35,961 nucleotides of DNA from Candidatus Nomurabacteria bacterium RIFCSPLOWO2_01_FULL_33_17 (GTDB lineage Bacteria; Patescibacteriota; Minisyncoccia; Phycocordibacterales; UBA9973): assembly GCA_001786995.1 (NCBI GenBank), contig MFUO01000004.1, positions 1 to 35,961 of the forward strand, given 5' to 3'. Position numbers and translations under genes: made by a program. The notes beneath the pieces are model-generated. The model did not search any database. It was not told the DNA's origin and saw nothing but the letters and a program-made list of their open reading frames with translations. Shown here in pieces: positions 1-10,004 of this stretch. How positions within the stretch are numbered: position 1 is the first letter of the stretch; the number at the start of each line of letters is the position of its first letter.

Positions 1-317
1 TAGTCCAATCCTGTTTCCCCTATAGCTACAACTTTTTCATTTTTAGCTAATTCCAAATATTTCTCATAATCAAAAACCTCATCCGGATTACCTGCCTGTC
101 CGGTAGGCAGGTCATTCGGGTGTTGCCCTACAGTCGCCCATAAAATATCAGGACGATCATTGGCCATTTCAACTGCTAATTTAGATGTCTCATAATCAGT
201 CCCAACAGTAATTGTCCCAATACCTGCATCTCGCATATTCTGTATTATCTGGTCTTTATTTTCCAAAAGTGGCGAAAGGTTTAAATGCGAATGAATGTCG
301 ATGTAATTTAGCTTCAT
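1..317 (-). CDS. tatD: TatD family DNase, N-terminal part (runs off window start)
   Basis: Manual translation from ATG at 317: MKLNYIDIHSHLN...VGTD...ATVGQHPND...VVAIGETGLD, the TatD HxH, GxHP and GExGLD motifs. Not in the ORF track because it is truncated. Confidence 0.9.
   Translation of the reverse strand, partial: MKLNYIDIHSHLNLSPLLENKDQIIQNMRDAGIGTITVGTDYETSKLAVEMANDRPDILWATVGQHPNDLPTGQAGNPDEVFDYEKYLELAKNEKVVAIGETGLD
91..111. repeat. 21-bp palindromic element in frame within tatD (encodes LPTGQAG)
   Basis: CCTGCCTGTCCGGTAGGCAGG; a 19/21-identical copy lies at 13116-13136. Confidence 0.8.
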
Positions 318-339
318 GTTATTTGTATGTACCCCCACC

Positions 340-1812
340 TTATTCTTTCCTTAAAAACAACGGATGCTCGGGTTTTTTATTTTGTTTTATTAATTCTTGA
401 ATCTTTTGTGAAGTTTCAGGTAAAAATGATTTTAACATTTCTGAAATATTATATAATTCTAAAACCATTTCGGAAATTAATTCTTTGCCTTTTTGTTCAT
501 CTACTTTCACTACTTTGAATGGCTCCGACTCTTGGATTTTTTTATCTAAATCTTGAATTTTATCCCATATAAAATCCATAGCATGTTTAATTTCAAATTT
601 TCCCAAATAATCCGAAAGTTCTTGAGATATTAAATTTTCAGAAAGTTCTATATGATCATCTAGGTATTTTTCTGAAAGAGTGAGAATACGCGATGTTAAA
701 TTTCCTAGTCCATTTGCAAGTCCTGAATTATAGGCATCTTTAAATCTTTCAATTGTAAATGGTGAATCTTCAAAATTTGAAATTTCACGAAGTAAAAAAT
801 ATCGCAAAGCATCCGTATTGTAATCTTCCACGATAGTACGAGGATCAACTACATTACCAAGTGTTTTACTCATTTTTATCCCTGCATCACCTGTTATGAA
901 TCCATTTACTACTATTTGATATGAATTGGGCACACTGGCGGCCATTAACATGGCTTGCCACATTGCACCCTGAAAGCGTGTATTGTCTTTGCCACAATAC
1001 TGCGTTGGAGTGCCATTCACCCAGTATTTTTCAAATAAACCCAACCCCTCCTCAGTCCTCCCCTTATCAAGGGAGGAAGTAGAACCCCACCCCAGTGTAT
1101 TTATATAATTCGTCAATGCGTCAAACCATACGTACATGACTTGTGTATCATCACCCGGTACAGGTATACCCCATGGCATTTTTTCAACCTTGCGTGAAAT
1201 TGAAAAATCTTGCAAGCCACTTGAAACAAAGTTTTTAATTTCATTAAATCTAAAATCAGGAATTATAAAACTTGAGTTTTTTTCATAAAATTCTAAAAGT
1301 TTTTCACCAAATTCAGAATATTTAAAAAAATAATTTTCTTCTTCAATTTTTTGAAGCTCGACTCCAAGATGATCAGGGCAAAATCCGTCATCATTCAATT
1401 CACTGTCAGTTTTTTCTGATTCGCAACCAACACAATACTTTGCTTCATAATTTTTTTTATAAATATAACCATTATTATAAACTATTTTCCAAAATTCTTG
1501 TGCTCCCATTTCGTGTTTCTTGTCAGTTGTACGGATAAAATGTGCATCAGAACTTATTCCAAATATTTCAAGTTGTTTTTTAAATGTTTCAAAACCAGAA
1601 TCAACAAAATCTTGAACATTAAGACCTGCTTCCCGTGCTTTTTCATAAATTTTTATACCATGCTCATCAGTACCAGTATTAAAAAATACATCAAAACCAA
1701 TTGATTTTTTATATCGTGCTATTGTATCAGCTCGAATAAATTCTAAAGCATGCCCCATATGTAATGGAGCGTTAACATAAGGTAGTGTCGTTGTAATATA
1801 AAAAGGCTTCAT
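340..1812 (-). CDS. metG: Methionine--tRNA ligase (short form)
   Basis: ITTTLPYVN..HMGH, YVWFDAL, GKD and KMSKTLGN motifs. Confidence 0.97.
   Translation of the reverse strand: MKPFYITTTLPYVNAPLHMGHALEFIRADTIARYKKSIGFDVFFNTGTDEHGIKIYEKAREAGLNVQDFVDSGFETFKKQLEIFGISSDAHFIRTTDKKHEMGAQEFWKIVYNNGYIYKKNYEAKYCVGCESEKTDSELNDDGFCPDHLGVELQKIEEENYFFKYSEFGEKLLEFYEKNSSFIIPDFRFNEIKNFVSSGLQDFSISRKVEKMPWGIPVPGDDTQVMYVWFDALTNYINTLGWGSTSSLDKGRTEEGLGLFEKYWVNGTPTQYCGKDNTRFQGAMWQAMLMAASVPNSYQIVVNGFITGDAGIKMSKTLGNVVDPRTIVEDYNTDALRYFLLREISNFEDSPFTIERFKDAYNSGLANGLGNLTSRILTLSEKYLDDHIELSENLISQELSDYLGKFEIKHAMDFIWDKIQDLDKKIQESEPFKVVKVDEQKGKELISEMVLELYNISEMLKSFLPETSQKIQELIKQNKKPEHPLFLRKE
1045..1076. repeat. C-rich tail + hairpin element, in frame within metG
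   Basis: CCCCTCCTCAGTCCTCCCCTTATCAAGGGAGG resembles intergenic copies at 16928, 19417, 19472 and 28061; reads as part of STSSLDKGRTEEGLG. Confidence 0.65.
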
Positions 1813-2895
1813 TTAAGAATTATCTGTATTTAATTTGCGAATCAAATCTTTCTTAGTTTCAACATCATTCATTAATTCTAATAAGAACAATGATATAGGC
1901 ATTGCTAATACAAGACCCCAAAAACCAGCAAGCTGACCACCAATCAAAAGCGCTAAAATAACCATTAGTGGTGATATACCCGTTGTTTTTTTATTCATTA
2001 ATGGCACAAAGACATATCCTTCTAATTGTTGAAGTAAAAAATAAAACAAAATAACTATCAATCCAAGCTGTAAACCACCTGATGAAAAACCAGCCAAAGC
2101 TGCAGGAATGGTTGCGAAAATCATACCAAAAGGAATAAGTTCACAAACCATTGTTAAAATTGCTAATATTAATGCATACGGAACATTTAGTAAATAAAGT
2201 ACGACAAATGTAATAATTGCTATTAAAATAGCCAGAAGCATTTGTCCTCGAAACCAAAGTGTAATTTTACGAGTTGATCGTTGCCATAAATCCAAGATAT
2301 AAACTTCATATTTTAAAGGAACTACGATTTTTAAGAATCCTTCTATGCCACGCTCTTGAATTGAAAGATAAAATGACAAAACAAAAATCAGAACTAGATT
2401 AGCAAGACTACCAAACAATGTTTGGACAATACCATAAAATGCACCAGAAATATTATTAATCAGAGCTTTTGTAGTAGTTGCAACTTGAGCTACTGGTAAT
2501 TCTTGGCCGATAGTATTTATAAAATTATTAATACTTTTAATTGCATTTGGGTCAATAATTGTTTGTAATTTATCAGCTGGAACATATTTTACAAGGGTAT
2601 TTAACGCATGAGAGATTTCTGAAAAAAGTGTTGGTAATACAATATAAGCTATACCCAAAAGACCAATTATCATAAATAAAAAGACTAAAACTACACTAAG
2701 AGTTCTTGGGAATTTATAGCGTTTTAAACGATGAGCAATAGCATCTACAAAACTTGCAATTACAATTGAAACAAGTAATAGGAAAAGTAAATTACGAATC
2801 TTGTATAATAAAAAACCTAAAACTATAAACAATATAATACGTAATATCGTTCCTGTAGTTATATTCACATGTATACTTTTATGGTCTAAACTCAT
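1813..2895 (-). CDS. AI-2E (PerM) family transporter
   Basis: Multi-pass membrane protein with WFRGQ, QQLEGY..P and G.WGL.LA.P motifs; start moved to ATG 2895, which follows an extended -10 box. Confidence 0.9.
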   Translation of the reverse strand: MSLDHKSIHVNITTGTILRIILFIVLGFLLYKIRNLLFLLLVSIVIASFVDAIAHRLKRYKFPRTLSVVLVFLFMIIGLLGIAYIVLPTLFSEISHALNTLVKYVPADKLQTIIDPNAIKSINNFINTIGQELPVAQVATTTKALINNISGAFYGIVQTLFGSLANLVLIFVLSFYLSIQERGIEGFLKIVVPLKYEVYILDLWQRSTRKITLWFRGQMLLAILIAIITFVVLYLLNVPYALILAILTMVCELIPFGMIFATIPAALAGFSSGGLQLGLIVILFYFLLQQLEGYVFVPLMNKKTTGISPLMVILALLIGGQLAGFWGLVLAMPISLFLLELMNDVETKKDLIRKLNTDNS

Positions 2896-2932
2896 AACTA
2901 AACTATACCATAGATTTGGCAAATTATCCAAG

Positions 2933-4195
2933 CTATATTTTTAAAATAGTTTTATCAAGTTTTACCCCATCAGGCCCAACGATGGCAAGCCTAAGATTCT
3001 CGGATTTTATTATTTCTTTGGCTATTTTTTGGATGTCTTTTGGTTTTACAGATAAAATCTCTTTTTCTTTGTCTTTCATTGTTTTTATTTCATTTTTTAA
3101 AATCAATTGCTGCCCATAAAATCCAGCTATATCGTCACTTGATTCTAAGCCCAATTTCATATTCCCTATTAATGAATTTTGTACTTTTTTAAGCTCTTTA
3201 TCTCCCACTAACTCAATTGTTAATTTTTTTAATTCAGAAATTAAAACTTTTATAACTTCTTGTAATCTTCCTGTTGTTACACCAGCATTAATTACAAACA
3301 TGCCTGTTTCATGTCTTGCAGTTATACCCGAGCTAACATAATAACAAACACCCATTTCTTCACGCAATTTGTTAAATAGTCTTGAAGACATACCTGCCCC
3401 AAGAATAGCCGACAATATGCGTAATGTTTTATTTTTAGGATTATTCCGTCCATATGATTTTAATCCTAACATCATATGAATTTGATCTGTCTTTTTATTT
3501 TTTATTTTAATTTTTGTTTTATCTTGTATAAAAGATTTTAATTTTTTATTTGGATTTTTATTATTTAATTTACCAAAAGTATTTTCTATTTCTTTGTAAA
3601 CTATTTTAGTATCAATATTGCCAGTTACAACTACCACTGTATTAGGTGCAGTATATTGGGCATTTTTATATTTAACAAAATCATCTCTTTTCATATTTTT
3701 AACAGTTGTATGAGTACCAGCAATATTTCGTCCCGATGGGGTATCCCCATAAACAAGCTCGTCAAATACATCATGGACAAGTCTCGCTGGCATGTCTTCA
3801 TACATATTTATTTCTTCAATTATTACACCTTTTTCTTTCTCAATTTCTTTTTCCGGGAAAATCGAATTCAAATATACATCCCCAACAACATCTAATAATT
3901 TTTTAAAATGTTTAGAATCACCTTTGGCATAATAACCTGTCATTTCATGATCAGTAAAAGCATTGTATTGGCAACCAAGCATGTCTAATTCATGTGAAAT
4001 AATACTTACATTTGGGCGTTTAACAGTACCCTTGAAGCACATATGCTCTAAAAAGTGCGAGACTCCACCTAAATCCTTGGTCTCATAATCTGACCCTGTA
4101 CCTACCAAAACCAAAACTGTAACTGTTGGATTATCCTTCATAGGGACAGTAACCACACGCAATCCATTTTTTAATGTGTTTAAATTATATTTCAT
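2933..4195 (-). CDS. M16 family zinc metallopeptidase
   Basis: Inverted zinc motif SHFLEHM.FKG and SSRLF..LRE..G..Y. Confidence 0.95.
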   Translation of the reverse strand: MKYNLNTLKNGLRVVTVPMKDNPTVTVLVLVGTGSDYETKDLGGVSHFLEHMCFKGTVKRPNVSIISHELDMLGCQYNAFTDHEMTGYYAKGDSKHFKKLLDVVGDVYLNSIFPEKEIEKEKGVIIEEINMYEDMPARLVHDVFDELVYGDTPSGRNIAGTHTTVKNMKRDDFVKYKNAQYTAPNTVVVVTGNIDTKIVYKEIENTFGKLNNKNPNKKLKSFIQDKTKIKIKNKKTDQIHMMLGLKSYGRNNPKNKTLRILSAILGAGMSSRLFNKLREEMGVCYYVSSGITARHETGMFVINAGVTTGRLQEVIKVLISELKKLTIELVGDKELKKVQNSLIGNMKLGLESSDDIAGFYGQQLILKNEIKTMKDKEKEILSVKPKDIQKIAKEIIKSENLRLAIVGPDGVKLDKTILKI

Positions 4196-4212
4196 AAAGC
4201 GAGTATAGCATG

Positions 4213-4446
4213 CTATAGAAAATATCTAAATATTGCAATCAATGTAACGGTTATCCAAAATATTTCTAAAAATACATTAGAATAATTCTTATCTTTAAGA
4301 ACTCTAATACCCAAAAATACCCCAGCCAAAAGATTTGGAATTAAATACGACAATGAATCTGCACTGATAACACCAAAAACATTTAACATATATGTCACCA
4401 TTAAAAGTAATGTCCCCGCCCAGCCAATTATTTTAATATAATTCAT
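4213..4446 (-). CDS. Small membrane protein (CBU_0592-like)
   Basis: 77 aa, three hydrophobic segments, IIGW.G..L...Y pattern. Confidence 0.6.
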   Translation of the reverse strand: MNYIKIIGWAGTLLLMVTYMLNVFGVISADSLSYLIPNLLAGVFLGIRVLKDKNYSNVFLEIFWITVTLIAIFRYFL

Positions 4447-4453
4447 ATGTAAA

Positions 4454-5020
4454 TTAAAAAAATTTTAAAATTTCTGATAATTCTTTTACACTATCATCTT
4501 CAGTAAAATGACCTTTATTTTTTAAAATTGTAACTTTAGCATTTAATTTTTCTTCAAAAATTTTCTTATTTTCTTCTACATAACCAAAAGGTTCATTACT
4601 CGATAGTAGAACTTGAATCTTAGGACAAATATTTTTGACACGATCAAAATTAATTGGGGTCTCTAACCATGGACGTGCAATATTTATTATCTCCTCACCT
4701 TCCTCTGCTAATCCATCTAATTTCAACCAACCAGCAACAAACACAATTTTATTAATTTTTGTATTTTCAGATAGTGTCATTAAATATCGCATAATTGTCT
4801 GAGACCCAATACTGTGCCCAATTAAACAAATATCATCATCCGGTGTTCCAATAATTTCACTCAATTTTGAAACCCATTTATTAATATCTGGTTTATCGGT
4901 TTCGGGCATAATTGGTATAAAAACTTGATAGCCCTTAATTTGTAGCTCATTTAAAACCCACTGATACCAATCACTATTAGGTGTCCCACCCCAACGATGG
5001 ATTATAAAAATTCTTTTCAT
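4454..5020 (-). CDS. RBBP9/YdeN family alpha/beta hydrolase
   Basis: FIIH.WGG, nucleophile elbow GHSIG, C-terminal GHF. Confidence 0.9.
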   Translation of the reverse strand: MKRIFIIHRWGGTPNSDWYQWVLNELQIKGYQVFIPIMPETDKPDINKWVSKLSEIIGTPDDDICLIGHSIGSQTIMRYLMTLSENTKINKIVFVAGWLKLDGLAEEGEEIINIARPWLETPINFDRVKNICPKIQVLLSSNEPFGYVEENKKIFEEKLNAKVTILKNKGHFTEDDSVKELSEILKFF

Positions 5021-5061
5021 ATATTAAATCTTACCATAATGAAACTTTTTATAAAACATAT

Positions 5062-5095
5062 ATAACGAACTATCACGACCGTGATAGTTCGTTAT
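5062..5095. repeat. Perfect 34-bp palindrome (16-bp arms, 2-nt centre)
   Basis: ATAACGAACTATCACG-AC-CGTGATAGTTCGTTAT. Confidence 0.9.
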
Positions 5096-5111
5096 CAAAA
5101 TTATTTAAATA

Positions 5112-5594
5112 TTATATTTTAATTTTAACGGCACTAAAAATTTTTATATTCTTTTTAATACCAAGTAGCTCTAAATGATTTTTAAAATTGTCAGTCAATT
5201 TACCTTTTCCAAACCAAACGCTTTGTTGAATCATTATAAAACCCCATAACTTTAATTGTTTGCGTAACCAGTCACGAATCTTTCTTTTTTCTTCTGGAAT
5301 ATCAAACATAACCATAACACCATCTGTATTTTCTTCTTTTTTAAAATACGTTGAAGTACTCTTAGCATTTATATATTTCTTATGATCAAGAACAATATCA
5401 TCTTTGATTAATTTAATAAAACCTTGTTTTTTTAACCTATACAAACTTTGAGAAAATGCTTGTTTTTTTTGTTTATCTCTTCCTTCAACAAGATTTCGGA
5501 GTATTTTTGTTTGTAAAGACTTTGATTTACATGACAAAAGATGACTTATTATTAACTCAGTAAAAGTTGCTCTTTCCCAATATGGTTGTTTCAT
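5112..5594 (-). CDS. PaaX-like protein: winged HTH + Cas2-like ferredoxin-fold domain
   Basis: SLYRLKKQGFI (wHTH-like) and VMFDIPEEKRKIRDWLR..L...GF..IQQSVW (Cas2/PaaX central domain); ATG at 5594 preferred over the GTG lying inside the palindrome. Confidence 0.75.
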   Translation of the reverse strand: MKQPYWERATFTELIISHLLSCKSKSLQTKILRNLVEGRDKQKKQAFSQSLYRLKKQGFIKLIKDDIVLDHKKYINAKSTSTYFKKEENTDGVMVMFDIPEEKRKIRDWLRKQLKLWGFIMIQQSVWFGKGKLTDNFKNHLELLGIKKNIKIFSAVKIKI

Positions 5595-5603
5595 TTTTCT
5601 ATT

Positions 5604-5637
5604 ATAACTATTTATCACGGTCGTGACAAATAGTTAT
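5604..5637. repeat. Near-perfect 34-bp palindrome, paralog of 5062-5095
   Basis: ATAACTATTTATCACG-GT-CGTGACAAATAGTTAT (one mismatch). Confidence 0.9.
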
Positions 5638-5675
5638 CAGATTTTTAATCATTTAAAAAGTGCTATAATATATTT

Positions 5676-6386
5676 ATGAAAATTTCTGTACTAATAGTTG
5701 CACATAACGAGGAAGAATACATTGGAAAATGCTTGGAAAGTATTTTAAACCAAAGTCAAAAACCAGATGAGATTATTTTAATAGCTCATAATTGTACTGA
5801 CAAAACTATACAAATTTCTAAAAATTATCCAACTATAAAAACTATAGAATACAACGGGCCTGCTGGTATACCATATGCACGCATAAAGGGTTTTGAAATT
5901 GTTAATGGTGATATAATTTGTTGTATTGATGGAGATGCATATGCACATAAAAATTGGCTAAAAAACATTATAAAGCCATTAATAAAAAATAATAAAATCA
6001 CAATTGTTGGCGGACGACTTATTATGACAAATAATATTTTATGGAGACTAGAAATGATCGGCCAATTTATACGCCGAAAATTTTTAAACGATGAAATTTC
6101 ACAATTTGCATCTGGTGGAAATTTTGCTTGTCGAAAAATTGATTATGAAAAAGTTGGTGGAATAAAACCAATTATAGAACTAAAAGATAAACTGAATTTA
6201 TATTTTTGGGCCGAAGATTACTATCTTTCTCAAGCTTTACGTCAAATAGGAAAGTTCCACATTGCATGGAATGCATTGGTTTATACCAAAATGTCGCCCG
6301 AGCAAGAACCAATAAAAATTCAACCGAAATTAATAAAAAAATGGAATCATGATAATAATGCAATATTAAATTATTTTAAAAAATGA
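5676..6386 (+). CDS. Glycosyltransferase family 2
   Basis: ISVLIVAHNEE, DGD (DxD), AED motifs. Confidence 0.93.
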   Translation: MKISVLIVAHNEEEYIGKCLESILNQSQKPDEIILIAHNCTDKTIQISKNYPTIKTIEYNGPAGIPYARIKGFEIVNGDIICCIDGDAYAHKNWLKNIIKPLIKNNKITIVGGRLIMTNNILWRLEMIGQFIRRKFLNDEISQFASGGNFACRKIDYEKVGGIKPIIELKDKLNLYFWAEDYYLSQALRQIGKFHIAWNALVYTKMSPEQEPIKIQPKLIKKWNHDNNAILNYFKK

Positions 6387-6388
6387 TC

Positions 6389-6628
6389 TTAATCCTCATC
6401 ATCTAAATCTAAATCAATTTCATCTTCATCTCCTAATATAGTTTCAGGGTATTTTTTTTCTTGCTCATCTCCTTCTTCTAATTCTATATCTTCTTCTTTA
6501 ACTAATTGCTCTAAAGTTTTGTTTGGTATATCTGATTCTATCTCTTCATCATTAAAAAAATCATCATCTTTTTTAACAAATTCAGGGTCAGAATGATGAT
6601 TTTCTAAATTTTCTGGTGCCATATTCAA
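6389..6628 (-). CDS. Small, highly acidic hypothetical protein
   Basis: 79-aa D/E-rich ORF filling the gap directly after glyS. Confidence 0.6.
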   Translation of the reverse strand: MNMAPENLENHHSDPEFVKKDDDFFNDEEIESDIPNKTLEQLVKEEDIELEEGDEQEKKYPETILGDEDEIDLDLDDED

Positions 6629-6634
6629 TAAAGA

Positions 6635-8020
6635 TTAACTTTTAAATTTATTTTGTAAATACACAACGAGTTCACTAATTGATACTCTTTCTTGCTCCAT
6701 TGTATCGCGTTCTCGTACTGTTACCATATTATCGTTGATAGAATCAAAGTCATAAGTAATACAATATGGTGTCCCGATTTCATCTTGTCTTCTGTATCTT
6801 TTGCCAATGCTTTGGGTTTCATCATATTGACACATAAAATTATCTGAGAGTTCTTCGAACAAACTACTTGCTGGAATAGACAATTCATCTTTTTTAGATA
6901 GTGGTAATATTGCAATTTGAATTGGGGCTATGTGTTTCGGAATACGAAGAACTATACGCATATCATCTCCAACTTGCTCTTCGGTATAACTTTGGCACAA
7001 AATTGCTAAAAATAACCTACCAACACCAATACTGGACTCGATAATATGCGGTAGAAAATGTTCTTTTTTTTCTTCATCAAAATATTCTAATTTTTGCCCA
7101 CTGTATGTACTGTGTTGAGTTAAATCATAATTTCCACGTGCATGAATACCTTCTAATTCTTTAAAACCAAACGGGTATTTAAATTCAATGTCATACGCTT
7201 CGCGTGCATAAAAAACCAAATTTTCATGTTTGTGCCATTGCAAATTTTCTGGCTTTATTCCAAGAGACAACAATGATTTCCATCGAAATTCTTTTAAGGC
7301 TTCATACTCAACCATTTCTTCTTCCGGCCTTACAAAATATTGCATCTCCATTTGTTCAAATTCTCGAGTTCGAAAAATAAATTGTCGCGCTGAAATTTCA
7401 TTTCTAAAGGCTTTACCAATTTGTGCAATGCCATATGGAATTTTTTGACTTGTGGTATCTAAAACATTTTTATAATTCAAATATATACCTTGGCATGTTT
7501 CCCCACGAAGATATGTTGGATTATCATTTTGTTCTGTAAAATCTCCAAGATTTGATTTAACAAGTAAATTAAAATATTTGGCTTCGCTATATTCATCTAT
7601 ATTAAAACCTGTTTTTTTTAAAGCTACAGAATTTTTTTGTAAAAGTTCATTAATTTCTTCGATACTCATTTTTTCATCAGCTACAACACCAATCTCTTCT
7701 AAAATATGATCAGCCCTGACCCTGTTTCCATTTTTCTTATTTTCCATCAAAGGATCCGAAAATCCAGAAACATGACCCGAGGCTTCCCAAACTTTGGGTG
7801 ACATAAATATACCAGAATCAAGACCAACAATATCGGGTCTTTTTTGAACCATATTTTTCCACCAATGATTCTTTATATTATTTGCCAGAAGTACGCCTAT
7901 TGGCCCATAATCATAAACACCGCTAAAACCACCATATATTTCACTGGATGGGTAAATAAACCCTCGTCTTTTAGTTAAATTAACTACTTTTTCAAATAAG
8001 TCTACATTTTCTTCTTCCAT
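6635..8020 (-). CDS. glyS: Glycine--tRNA ligase, alpha2 (eukaryote/archaea-like) type
   Basis: RRGF, YDYGP, LRGETCQG, FRNEI..R..IFRTREFEQ, IGKRYRRQDEIGTP; start moved to 8020 to remove the overlap with the upstream gene. Confidence 0.96.
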   Translation of the reverse strand: MEEENVDLFEKVVNLTKRRGFIYPSSEIYGGFSGVYDYGPIGVLLANNIKNHWWKNMVQKRPDIVGLDSGIFMSPKVWEASGHVSGFSDPLMENKKNGNRVRADHILEEIGVVADEKMSIEEINELLQKNSVALKKTGFNIDEYSEAKYFNLLVKSNLGDFTEQNDNPTYLRGETCQGIYLNYKNVLDTTSQKIPYGIAQIGKAFRNEISARQFIFRTREFEQMEMQYFVRPEEEMVEYEALKEFRWKSLLSLGIKPENLQWHKHENLVFYAREAYDIEFKYPFGFKELEGIHARGNYDLTQHSTYSGQKLEYFDEEKKEHFLPHIIESSIGVGRLFLAILCQSYTEEQVGDDMRIVLRIPKHIAPIQIAILPLSKKDELSIPASSLFEELSDNFMCQYDETQSIGKRYRRQDEIGTPYCITYDFDSINDNMVTVRERDTMEQERVSISELVVYLQNKFKS

Positions 8021-8054
8021 TAAACGATTATACCATAATTTTTTTATAGGAGTA

Positions 8055-9944
8055 TTATTGTATAACAATTCCATCTTTTGATGTACCGTTAGAAATTTCA
8101 GTTGTTATATTGGGATGAATAGCTGTAACTTCTTTATTAGAAAATAAATCAGTTCCATTAAATCGAATTCTTTGTAAGATTTCTGGTGATAGACCAAGTT
8201 GAGAAAGTGATGGAGAAAAAGATAATTGAATTGCTGCAGACCGTGGTGCATTTGTGTTACCAGCACCAGATTCAATATTTCCTAAATTCCATATTATTTC
8301 ACGAGTATCTGGATTATATGTTACTTTTTCACCAGCAGTAACTTTACCAACCCATTTAACATAAAAAGGAATTTTTGAAACAAGTTTACCACCTGTTATA
8401 TCATTATGAGTATTCTTTAAAGAAAATGTAATTTGATATATAGTTTCTTTTTCAACAGTTAATGGAATCATCCCCGAAGCATAAATATTTAAGACACTAA
8501 TGGTTGGTTCTGTTGCAACACGTACTGTAGCAGTTTCAATATTTTGAAGATTTTGTACTATACCACTACCGTCATCTTTTATACCACTAAATGACAACGA
8601 TAAATTAACCAATGGATCTTTAACAACAACAGGACCATCCGTACTTTTAGCTAATGCACGAAATGTAAAATTAAGAATACCATCGGTACCTGGTGGGATT
8701 ATATTTAGTGATTCTTTTGTATTTTTATCCCAAAACATTTCATTTTTTGCAGAATCATAAAATCCTTCTACAGGAATAATTGATAATTCATCGAGTGCTG
8801 ATCCACTAATATTTAAATGAAAAACTGGATTAATAATAGGTACAGATCCACGATTACGATATACTATTTCACCTTGAATATTAGTATTTGGATTAACAGC
8901 AATTGTTTTACCTTTTTCTGTACCCAAAAGAATATAAACATCGAGAATTGGGCGAGTTAGTGATATAACATGTGTTCTTGATACATAACTTGTTTTTATA
9001 TTAGTTCCACTAGAATCAAGTGGAACACCTGCAAAAAAACGAAAAGACCTTTCATCCCCTTCTTGTGAACTAAATCTTCCAGTAATAATTATATCTTCAT
9101 AATCACCTTCATTTTGTGTATTGATAATCCAAGTCCCTACACTAAAACTTGGTTGTTTAGAGAGTGATTCAACAGTAAAATCTCGTGGAAAAACAATTGA
9201 TATAAGAGACCCTATTGGTAAAGATTTAGTATTTTGACTAATACGCAAACGAAGAGTATAAAGTTGACCTGGTGAAATTTCATTAGGAGCATCAACATCT
9301 AAAATTATTGGTGAACTTGATATACTTAGAGCTGATTCTGCAATTTTAGTATATGTTAATGTTGAATCTGGAAGACTATATTCAAGAGTTGCTTTTATAT
9401 TTTTTGTACTACCCTTTTCACCATACAAAACAACTGTAATACTTTTATTAATTTTTTCTCCTGGAGCAATATCAGGTAAATCTAACCGAACAAATTCAAA
9501 ATCTTCACGAAGTAATTCTTCGCTACCCCTGGGGTATTGTATTTCCATGTGAACATTTTTAAGAGCAGTATTATTACGATTTACAATTTGGATAGATAAA
9601 GGTAATGATTCTCCACCTTTTGAAAAAGGAGCAGTTACAATTTCTATATCAATATGTTTTGATATAAAATCTTCTCTTGATTCAGAAAAAAATAAACGAT
9701 AACCTGCATATAAAAATGCTAATAACAACACAATAAGAGAAATCATAAAAAACTTTTTTGCAAAAGAAGATTTTCTAATAATATTCTCATTATTATCTAT
9801 ATTCTCTGGTATAAAAGGTGTTCTTAGCTTAAATGATGTACCTGTTAGTGGATGATGCTCTAATTTAGGTACACTGTGTGATGTACTATACAAATCATTT
9901 TCTTCTTGATTTATAAAATCATTTTTTTCTTCTTTAGGAATCAT
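8055..9944 (-). CDS. Membrane-anchored Ig-like/DUF11-type surface protein
   Basis: One N-terminal TM helix followed by beta-rich modules (W.LG.I..G). Confidence 0.6.
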   Translation of the reverse strand: MIPKEEKNDFINQEENDLYSTSHSVPKLEHHPLTGTSFKLRTPFIPENIDNNENIIRKSSFAKKFFMISLIVLLLAFLYAGYRLFFSESREDFISKHIDIEIVTAPFSKGGESLPLSIQIVNRNNTALKNVHMEIQYPRGSEELLREDFEFVRLDLPDIAPGEKINKSITVVLYGEKGSTKNIKATLEYSLPDSTLTYTKIAESALSISSSPIILDVDAPNEISPGQLYTLRLRISQNTKSLPIGSLISIVFPRDFTVESLSKQPSFSVGTWIINTQNEGDYEDIIITGRFSSQEGDERSFRFFAGVPLDSSGTNIKTSYVSRTHVISLTRPILDVYILLGTEKGKTIAVNPNTNIQGEIVYRNRGSVPIINPVFHLNISGSALDELSIIPVEGFYDSAKNEMFWDKNTKESLNIIPPGTDGILNFTFRALAKSTDGPVVVKDPLVNLSLSFSGIKDDGSGIVQNLQNIETATVRVATEPTISVLNIYASGMIPLTVEKETIYQITFSLKNTHNDITGGKLVSKIPFYVKWVGKVTAGEKVTYNPDTREIIWNLGNIESGAGNTNAPRSAAIQLSFSPSLSQLGLSPEILQRIRFNGTDLFSNKEVTAIHPNITTEISNGTSKDGIVIQ

Positions 9945-10004
9945 ATATTCATTATAGCAGAAAAATTTTTAATCTGCGATAAAGTAATCATATCTCCATG
10001 ATTT

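Noticed and set aside
5112..5594. CRISPR-Cas locus suggested by the Cas2-like domain
   Set aside because: No cas1, effector or repeat-spacer array in the window; the two palindromes flank a gene rather than spacers.
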